A DNA stretch of 18,101 bases from Opitutales bacterium. Lineage in GTDB: Bacteria > Verrucomicrobiota > Verrucomicrobiia > Opitutales > UBA9783. The DNA lies in assembly GCA_024407725.1 (NCBI GenBank), contig JAKSVZ010000015.1:1-18101 (forward strand). Direction: 5' to 3'. Every line of letters begins with the position of its first letter. Within the stretch, counting starts at the first letter, position 1. Of this stretch, positions 8,403 to 14,486 are shown one piece after another. The position numbers and the translations under genes were made by a program. The notes below the pieces were generated by a model. That model had not been told where the DNA came from. It saw only the letters and a list, made by a program, of their open reading frames with translations, and did not search any database.

Positions 8403-8537
8403 TTTTTAATATTTAATCTGTTAAACAATGTTTAAAAGTTAATTTTCTTAATGATTTAAATAATTCCACCAAAACGCAAAAACTAGTTTGTAAGAAGTAT
8501 AGCTCTGCGGGAATTTTTTATCACTAAACGAACCTAG

Positions 8538-8613
8538 TGGCAGGGAAAGTGGGATTCGAACCCACGACCTTCGGTTTAGAAAACCGTTGCTCTATCCACT
8601 GAGCTATTTCCCC
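8538..8613 (-). tRNA. tRNA-Arg (anticodon UCU), CCA encoded
   Basis: Hand-folded cloverleaf from the reverse complement: GGGGAAA-TA-GCTC-AGTGGATA-GAGC-A-ACGGT-TTTCTAA-ACCGA-AGGTC-GTGGG-TTCGAAT-CCCAC-TTTCCCT-G-CCA. It has a G1-U72 wobble and one 27-43 mismatch. Confidence 0.85.
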
Positions 8614-8631
8614 AGTTTACTAAACGAAAAA

Positions 8632-8706
<75 letters not shown>

Positions 8707-8720
8707 TTACAGTTGCTTTA

Positions 8721-8750
8721 ATTTAAGGAGAACCCACCGTAAGGCGTCAA
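8721..8750 (-). promoter_or_regulatory. Candidate promoter for the tRNA-Met/tRNA-Arg(UCU) unit
   Basis: On the minus strand: TTGACG (8750-8745), 18 nt spacer, TTAAAT (8726-8721). The -10 ends 14 nt upstream of the tRNA 5' end. Confidence 0.4.
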
Positions 8751-8822
8751 GTAAAATGCGAGGTAGGGACAATATAGAAAAAGTTTGCTTTATAGGTTGC
8801 TTTAACGCATATTAAAGATAGT

Positions 8823-8897
8823 GCCCTCATAGTTCAAGGGATAGAACCGCGGTTTCCTAAACCGTTAATCCCAGTTCGAGTCTGGGTGCGGGCGCCA
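8823..8897 (+). tRNA. tRNA-Arg (anticodon CCU), CCA encoded
   Basis: GCCCTCA-TA-GTTC-AAGGGATA-GAAC-C-GCGGT-TTCCTAA-ACCGT-TAAT-CCCAG-TTCGAGT-CTGGG-TGCGGGC-G-CCA. There is one U5-C68 mismatch in the acceptor stem. Confidence 0.85.
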
Positions 8898-8919
8898 TAG
8901 GAATAGGGCGCGAATCAAA

Positions 8920-9459
8920 GTGATGATTTTAAGAAGAAAGCTATTGGTTTTTTTGTGCTTCGGCCTTCTCCCGTTGATGTTGAAGGGGGTTGATCAGGCT
9001 CCTGTCCCAATGGTGATTGAAGATATCCATTGGGTGTATCGCAAGGATGACGATTTTAAAGGCATTGTTGAGGCGATTCGGGAGCAAGAAACCCAGCTTG
9101 ATCGCGTAATCGTTCGATCAGATGCGCACAAGCGGGAAGGGTTATACTTAATCATTAAATTCAACCGTTGGTTATCCACCATTCCGGAAGCCAGTAGGAT
9201 CCAAATCACCTTTATTATCAGCCCAGCTTTGGATGATCAAACGTGCGAACTTAGTTTGGAATACACGGGACATTTCATTTTCCCGCAAAACGAATTGTGG
9301 GTTGGGCTTACCGATGAAGCATTTTTAGGTCAATTGGATGATTCAGGGGTGCTGGAGCGCGTTAAAGAGCATCGCAAGGGTTATTTAACGGCTTGGCAAG
9401 CTCATGTCTTTGACCCAGATGGGAAGTGTATTGGGTACGGAGAAAGCTACGCTTGGTAA
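8920..9459 (+). CDS. Hypothetical secreted or periplasmic protein
   Basis: 179-aa ORF with an N-terminal signal-like segment (RRKLLVFLCFGLLPLMLKG). I recognise no catalytic motif. Its composition matches the backbone. Its stop lies 2 nt before the likely priA start. Confidence 0.6.
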   Translation: MMILRRKLLVFLCFGLLPLMLKGVDQAPVPMVIEDIHWVYRKDDDFKGIVEAIREQETQLDRVIVRSDAHKREGLYLIIKFNRWLSTIPEASRIQITFIISPALDDQTCELSLEYTGHFIFPQNELWVGLTDEAFLGQLDDSGVLERVKEHRKGYLTAWQAHVFDPDGKCIGYGESYAW

Positions 9460-9461
9460 GC

Positions 9462-11621
9462 ATGTTCTATTTGTCCATCTTGCCTATCCGTTCGTTGGCA
9501 CGCTCCTTAACGTATACAGCGGCAGAGCCTATTCCGGTAGGTAGTTTGGTAACCATTAGCATTAGGGGTCGCCGAGCGTATGGATTGGTAGAAGCTTGTG
9601 AGACCCAACCTCCCGCCGAACAACTGACGTTGTTGCCCATTGAACAACGCGTGTATGATTTCCCGATTGTAACCGCTGAAAACCTGCAGGTAATTCAATG
9701 GATCAGCCGCCGTTATGCCTGTCCGCTCAATTCGGTTTTAGAAAGTGCGCTGCCTGCTTTTATCCGCCAAGGGAAAGCGTTAACGCAAACGGCGTATTTA
9801 TGCCCCAATGAGGAACCGACAGCAGCCATTCCAAAGCGTGCGACCCATCAGCAGGCTGTGTATGATTGGGTCTGTCAGCATCCGTTTGCAGAAGAGCGAG
9901 CGCTTCATCAAGCGATTGCGAATGCCCATGCTGCGTTGCGTCAATTGATTGCGTCTCATAGGGTTCGGCGGGTCTTTGAGCGGCCACCGGAAGCGAAACC
10001 ATCGAACCCTATTACCTTAACGCAGGAACAGCAAGCGATTACGGATGCCCTAACGCGTGCCCTTCAGAGTCGAACCTATGCAACCCATTTACTCTATGGG
10101 GTAACTGGGTCAGGGAAAACGGAGCTTTACCATGCACTGATTGCGCAGGCAAGGCGTTTGGGGTTACAGACGCTCTATTTGGTTCCAGAAATTGCGTTGT
10201 CGGAACAAGCTCTATCCAAATTGCAGCAACGGTTGGCGTCGCAAGCCATTCGGGTGGGGGTATGGCATAGCTTAAGCACTGAAAAAGAAAAGAAAGCCCT
10301 TTGGCAGAAAGTGTTAACGGGTACGTGTGATGTGGTGTTGGGAACGCGTTCTGCTTTGTTTTTGCCTTTTAAACGTTTAGGGTTGATTTTGGTAGATGAG
10401 GAGCAGGATGCGTCGTATAAACAATCCGAGGTTCCGCGTTATCATGGGCGTGATTTAGCTATTTACCGAGCTCAACTGCATCAGGCGTTATGTGTGTTGG
10501 GGTCTGCTACGCCATCGATTGAAACTTGGCATCAGGTGAAAAAAGATGCCTATGCACTGCATACCTTATGGAAGCGCCCAAATCAGGCGAGCGTTCCAAC
10601 CATTCAGTTTGTGGATATGCACTACGAAAAACCGTCGTTTGAGGGGGCGTATGTGCTGTCGGATTTGTTGCGGCAAAAAATCAACGCGCGTTTGGATCGC
10701 AAAGAACAAACCTTGTTATTTTTGAACCGCCGAGGCTATGCGCCTTATCTGTATTGCCCTAAATGCGCACGACGGATTGAGTGTCCCTATTGCAAAAGCA
10801 CGCTGGTGTTTCATAAGGCGGATGCCAGCTTTCGGTGCCATGTGTGCCAACATCAGGTAACGGCCTATACCCATTGTGCCCATTGCCATAGCCCGTTGAA
10901 GTTAAGCAGGGGGTTAGGTACGCAACGGGTGGAAGCGGGTTTGAAAAAATTGTATCCAAATGTGCGGATTTTAAGGCTAGATACGGATAATCGGGAACAG
11001 CAGCCTCATTGGTATGAGGCGATTATGAGCCATCAATGCGATATCATCATTGGGACGCAGCTATTGGCCAAGGGAATGGACTTCCCAGATTTAACCTTGG
11101 TGGGGGTGTTGCAACTTGATACGCCGGCGCTCATAGAGGATTTTCGTGCATCTGAGCGTATTTTTCAATTGCTTGTGCAGGTTAGCGGGCGTGCAGGACG
11201 TTTGCGTTCCGGTAGCGAAGTGGTGGTTCAAACCTTTGCGCTCAATGACCCGTGTATCGATTTTGTAAAAAAACAGGATACCATCGGCTTTCTCAATCAA
11301 GAATGGGCGTTAAGGGAACGGTACCGCTATCCGCCGTTTCGCACCATGGTTCGTCATGTGTTTCGGAGTTTATCAGAACCCTTGGTGGATTATACCGTCA
11401 AGCAATGGAGTGCGTTTTTAGAGCAAAAAGCACCGGAAACGTGGGAAATTTTAGGTCCCTCTGCGCCCTTCATCAGCAAGGCTAACCGTTATTATCGGCG
11501 GCATCTGCTTTATCTGGGCGAGGACGATTTCGTGCCCCAATTGCAAGCCTTGCGGTCGGAATTTAAAACGCCGCCAGAGGTAATCGATTTGTTGGACGTA
11601 GATCCGGTTGATTTTCGTTAA
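9462..11621 (+). CDS. priA: Primosomal protein N' (replication restart helicase PriA)
   Basis: Walker A GVTGSGKTE, a DEEQD box, and the Cys-rich zinc-binding insert CPKCARRIECPYCKSTLVFHKADASFRCHVCQHQVTAYTHCAHCHS. The C-terminal helicase motifs are QLLAKGMDFPDLTLVGV and QVSGRAGR. I chose the ATG at 9462 (MFYLSILP...). The track start at 9426 would overlap the upstream gene. Confidence 0.9.
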   Translation: MFYLSILPIRSLARSLTYTAAEPIPVGSLVTISIRGRRAYGLVEACETQPPAEQLTLLPIEQRVYDFPIVTAENLQVIQWISRRYACPLNSVLESALPAFIRQGKALTQTAYLCPNEEPTAAIPKRATHQQAVYDWVCQHPFAEERALHQAIANAHAALRQLIASHRVRRVFERPPEAKPSNPITLTQEQQAITDALTRALQSRTYATHLLYGVTGSGKTELYHALIAQARRLGLQTLYLVPEIALSEQALSKLQQRLASQAIRVGVWHSLSTEKEKKALWQKVLTGTCDVVLGTRSALFLPFKRLGLILVDEEQDASYKQSEVPRYHGRDLAIYRAQLHQALCVLGSATPSIETWHQVKKDAYALHTLWKRPNQASVPTIQFVDMHYEKPSFEGAYVLSDLLRQKINARLDRKEQTLLFLNRRGYAPYLYCPKCARRIECPYCKSTLVFHKADASFRCHVCQHQVTAYTHCAHCHSPLKLSRGLGTQRVEAGLKKLYPNVRILRLDTDNREQQPHWYEAIMSHQCDIIIGTQLLAKGMDFPDLTLVGVLQLDTPALIEDFRASERIFQLLVQVSGRAGRLRSGSEVVVQTFALNDPCIDFVKKQDTIGFLNQEWALRERYRYPPFRTMVRHVFRSLSEPLVDYTVKQWSAFLEQKAPETWEILGPSAPFISKANRYYRRHLLYLGEDDFVPQLQALRSEFKTPPEVIDLLDVDPVDFR

Positions 11622-11661
11622 TTTTTTAGGGTTAAGGCGCTTGTCGGGTATACATAACGCT

Positions 11662-12966
11662 TTATTTGCCACCCTTCTTTCGATTGCAATTCCGGCAGAG
11701 CATTTGTAGGTTGTCGTAGGTTGTGCGTCCGCCCTTGCAAACAGGCTTTATGTGATCGCCTTCCATTTCATTAAAGGCAAACTCTTCGTGGCAATACGCG
11801 CATTTATGCTTTTGTTCTTTATACTTCCTCAGTTTGTCTTCTTGCTTAAAAGCACGAATTGTTAGGAGAGCCCCTGCTGCCTTAATATCATCCTCGTATT
11901 CATCCTGAGTGAGTTTGTTGTTTTTTAGTAGCTCGTCCAATCTGTACTTCTCCAAAAGATACTTATAGGCTTTTTTATCCTTAACCTCATTGCCATTGTC
12001 TTCTTTTAGATTGTTCCAAAGCTCTTCTAGGTCTTTTCTAACCTGTTTGGAGTCTAGCTTAGGAAGGTTATCTTTGTAGTCATTATAATATAGACCCCAT
12101 GGAAGACCTTTGGTAAGGTTTTGTTCGGCATCCTCTATGTCTATGACCCCAAAAATGGATCGTGCCCAATTTGCAACATTCTCAAAATACTGAATTAATT
12201 CATGAGCGTCTGCATCTTTTTGATGATCGTGCATATACTGTACTATTCTAGCATCAGCTTGCTCATTTTCTTGATATTTTTTGGCGCTTATCCAACCCAA
12301 TACCGTTTCTAAGTAATCTTGTCTAAGGGGATCTCCTTTTAAATAATATCCTCCTGCTTTATCGGCGGGATTATCTGTTTTTTTGATCGAAAAATAGCTT
12401 TTTGCGCTCGTTAACCACGAACCCGTATAAGAAGCGTTGCGAATTTCTTGCTCGGTCAAGCGTTCTCCTTGAATATTTGCAGTTTTAAACCACTTAATTT
12501 TTTCCTCTGCAGTTCCTTCTAATACATAAATCTGTAATTTATCATAATTCCTGATTTTATTTTGAGTCGTTGGATCTAATCCTGCGAATGACTTGGGGTT
12601 GGTTTTATTGGGGTTCTGTGGATCTTCTGGGATTTCAACAGAAAAATCACTTATATTTCCGTTTGCTGCTTTGCTTCCTATGACATAGGAACAAATAGAT
12701 AACATCCGTTGTTGCCCATCTAATAGTTCGTAAACGCTAGGCTCTTCATCGCTTTTAGCCCAATACATAGTACCAAGTGGTAAATCACCAAGGATAGTAT
12801 AAATGACAGCTTTTTGCTGTTCTAGCTTATAACAAAATTCTCGTTGATACTTCGGGCGGATTATTAATTTACCACCCAAAGCCCTAACCTCATCATTATT
12901 TGGGTCTTGCGTATATCCTTCGACTAAGTTTCTTATTGTAGTATCTTGTTTTAGTGTAGCTTTCAT
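11662..12966 (-). CDS. DUF262 (ParB/Srx-like, GmrSD N-terminal type) domain fused to a C-terminal HNH zinc-finger endonuclease
   Basis: DUF262 hallmarks are present: RPKYQREF near the N-terminus, DGQQR (encoded at 12706-12720) and WFKTANIQGERLTEQEIRNA. The last 48 aa or so form an HNH beta-beta-alpha-Me finger, CAYCHEEF...EGDHIKPVCKGGRTTYDNLQMLCRNCNRKKG (11665-11808). The start ATG overlaps the stop of the upstream methyltransferase (ATGA at 12963-12966). Confidence 0.85.
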   Translation of the reverse strand: MKATLKQDTTIRNLVEGYTQDPNNDEVRALGGKLIIRPKYQREFCYKLEQQKAVIYTILGDLPLGTMYWAKSDEEPSVYELLDGQQRMLSICSYVIGSKAANGNISDFSVEIPEDPQNPNKTNPKSFAGLDPTTQNKIRNYDKLQIYVLEGTAEEKIKWFKTANIQGERLTEQEIRNASYTGSWLTSAKSYFSIKKTDNPADKAGGYYLKGDPLRQDYLETVLGWISAKKYQENEQADARIVQYMHDHQKDADAHELIQYFENVANWARSIFGVIDIEDAEQNLTKGLPWGLYYNDYKDNLPKLDSKQVRKDLEELWNNLKEDNGNEVKDKKAYKYLLEKYRLDELLKNNKLTQDEYEDDIKAAGALLTIRAFKQEDKLRKYKEQKHKCAYCHEEFAFNEMEGDHIKPVCKGGRTTYDNLQMLCRNCNRKKGGK

Positions 12967-13664
12967 ACTTGCTTCTGGATTTGTTTTTTGTGGCGGATAA
13001 GGATACGGGCGTACGGTACAGTTACAATTCCGTCTTTCAGATAGTACAAATCTCCATCGACTGTGCCTCTTTTTTGTATTTCTTTGCGGTATTTTCGATG
13101 TTCGGGTTTATAAGGTTTTACCCCAATCGATAAACCTAAATTGGCGATTCCGAGCCCAATAATCTCGAACTGCTTTGGGCAATACTTTTTCAAAAAGGTA
13201 ATCGGTACGCCCATAACGCCGTCATAGCCGTACGGGATATCCTTTACCTTGCCGACCTCAATGGCGTCGTAATTATCGTACTTGGGGTACTTTTCAGGGG
13301 TATAAACGCAATTTTTGTTTAACCCATGTTCTTTAGTCCGCTTTTTATGGGGTAGGTTCGTGAACCAACAGACCCCTTTGTTTTTGACAAAGCCTTTAGC
13401 GGGATCGTATCCCTTTGAACGCACATATTTTGCGTTTTCCGGAAGAGTGTTTGGATACGCTGTTTTAAAAATCATTGTGCAATTAAACCCTTCCCCAACC
13501 CATAGCTTGTTGTCCTTAATCAGGGGAAAGATCTCTTTATAGGTAATGGCATTTAGATTGCCAATGATGAGGAACTTTTTGTTGTACGCTATGAGTTGAG
13601 CGACATACTCGCGAAACAACGAAAAGGGCGGATTAGTGACCACAATATCTGCTTCCTTTAGCAA
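12963..13664 (-). pseudogene. C-terminal catalytic fragment of an N6-adenine DNA methyltransferase (EcoRI-methylase-like family), separated from its N-terminus by a frameshift
   Basis: It contains catalytic motif IV, VVTNPPF (NPPF encoded at 13623-13634). The track M at 13664 is a TTG. The frame stays open upstream through the repeat (…FDSRERERE-YNQLPYSDLDESFKIPLKGNGDFRSDECIELLKEADIVVTNPPFSLFREY) and back to a TGA near 13850, with no ATG in that stretch. Confidence 0.8.
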
Positions 13665-13726
13665 CTCGATGCATTCGTCGCTACGGAAATCCCCATTACC
13701 TTTGAGGGGGATTTTAAAACTTTCGT

Positions 13727-14062
13727 CTAGATCAGAATAAGGGAGTTGGTTATACTCTCTCTCTCTCTCTCTAGAGTCAAAGCGTAGGACGGCTTGCCGG
13801 TTGGTTCGTAGTGCGTAGCAATGAGCTTTTTTAACCCTAAAGTGGGAAAATCATCCTTAAAATACTTCCAAAAATTGCTTTCATCCGGATCGTCACAATT
13901 TAAAAAGACGGTTTTATCTTTAAAATGCATATGATAATGCTTGAGTTCTTCGTTTATATCATTCATCTGCGTATAGAATTCATCATTCTTGGCATTTTTG
14001 GCTGCTATTAAGGCCGTGTTACGTTTAACATTTGACGTATCGTTATCCATGAAATGACTCAC
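13727..14062 (-). pseudogene. N-terminal fragment of the same N6-adenine DNA methyltransferase, terminated 9 codons after the repeat tract
   Basis: KNDEFYTQMNDINEELKHYHMHFKDKTVFLNCDDPDESNFWKYF...GLKKLIATHYEP matches the N-terminal signature I recall for the EcoRI-methylase-like family. The frame runs into (AG)9 (LERERE), then SITNSLILI and a stop. The start is a GTG at 14062 or an ATG at 14050, only 4-16 nt from the tRNA-His 3' end. Confidence 0.8.
13755..13772. repeat. Perfect dinucleotide simple sequence repeat, (CT)9 on the plus strand and (AG)9 on the coding strand
   Basis: Read directly: ata-ctctctctctctctctct-agag. It lies inside the methyltransferase coding sequence, exactly where the reading frame breaks. 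Confidence 0.97.
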
Positions 14063-14066
14063 TTTA

Positions 14067-14143
14067 TGGGGTGGTAGACCGGGCTTGAACCGGCAACCCT
14101 CGGAACCACAATCCGATGCTCTGCCAATTGAGCTACAACCACC
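14067..14143 (-). tRNA. tRNA-His (anticodon GUG) with the extra 5' G(-1), CCA encoded
   Basis: Reverse complement: G-GTGGTTG-TA-GCTC-AATTGGC-AGAGC-A-TCGGA-TTGTGGT-TCCGA-GGGTT-GCCGG-TTCAAGC-CCGGT-CTACCAC-C-CCA. G(-1) pairs with C73, which is the His hallmark. Confidence 0.9.
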
Positions 14144-14156
14144 ATGATTCGCCTTG

Positions 14157-14185
14157 ATTAGAAGCGATTAGCGGCTAATTGTCAA
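14157..14185 (-). promoter_or_regulatory. Near-consensus sigma70-like promoter for tRNA-His, and probably for the downstream methyltransferase/nuclease genes
   Basis: On the minus strand: TTGACA (14185-14180), exactly 17 nt spacer, TCTAAT (14162-14157). The -10 ends 13 nt upstream of the tRNA-His 5' end. Confidence 0.55.
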
Positions 14186-14214
14186 TTGTTTCTAATGATT
14201 GTTTAGGAATCGCG

Positions 14215-14243
14215 TTGACAATGCGGTTGTTTTGCAGGATAAG
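14215..14243 (+). promoter_or_regulatory. Sigma70-like promoter for the tRNA-Ala/tRNA-Leu unit
   Basis: TTGACA (14215-14220), 17 nt spacer, GATAAG (14238-14243). The tRNA-Ala starts at 14259. Confidence 0.5.
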
Positions 14244-14258
14244 TTAGAAGTATTTAAT

Positions 14259-14334
14259 GGGGTTGTAGCTCAGTTGGTAGAGCGCCACAATGGCATTGTG
14301 GAGGTCGTCGGTTCGATCCCGATCAGCTCCACCA
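14259..14334 (+). tRNA. tRNA-Ala (anticodon GGC), CCA encoded
   Basis: GGGGTTG-TA-GCTC-AGTTGGT-AGAGC-G-CCACA-ATGGCAT-TGTGG-AGGTC-GTCGG-TTCGATC-CCGAT-CAGCTCC-A-CCA. The G3-U70 Ala identity pair is present. Confidence 0.92.
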
Positions 14335-14352
14335 GTAATCCATAAAACTTTG

Positions 14353-14437
14353 GCTGAAGTGGTGGAATTGGCAGACACGCATGATTCAGGTTCATGTGCT
14401 TCACGGCATGGGGGTTCAAGTCCCCCCTCCAGCACCA
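14353..14437 (+). tRNA. tRNA-Leu (anticodon CAG), long variable arm, CCA encoded
   Basis: GCTGAAG-TGGTGGAATTGGCAGACACG-CATGA-TTCAGGT-TCATG-TGCTTCACGGCAT-GGGGG-TTCAAGT-CCCCC-CTCCAGC-A-CCA. This is a class II tRNA of 85 nt. Confidence 0.9.
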
Positions 14438-14486
14438 AAACGAGCGCTGTATCGATGGGTTCACGGATAAAAGGTTAGAGGTGAAA

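Noticed and set aside
9426-9461. Upstream extension of priA overlapping the preceding ORF.
   Set aside because: The ATG at 9462 lies immediately after the upstream stop and gives a typical PriA N-terminus. The extension has no support.
11622-11661. Direct repeat of the tRNA-His 3' end at the priA-proximal border of islet 2, which would define att sites.
   Set aside because: I could find no convincing match by eye to TGGGGTGGTAGACCGGGCTTGAACC or its complement. This needs a computational search.
13315-13542. 75-aa plus-strand ORF inside islet 2.
   Set aside because: It is antisense to the catalytic fragment of the adenine methyltransferase and has no motifs, so it is a shadow ORF.
14244-14478. 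Three track ORFs of 62-64 aa (14244..14438 -, 14270..14464 -, 14290..14478 +).
   Set aside because: They lie entirely over the tRNA-Ala and tRNA-Leu genes. Their open frames are a by-product of structured RNA sequence, not coding regions.
14394-14486. N-terminal 31-codon extension of the DAACS transporter ORF as given in the track.
   Set aside because: The extension begins inside tRNA-Leu. An internal ATG at 14487 has a GAGGTG ribosome-binding site and starts the hydrophobic N-terminus.
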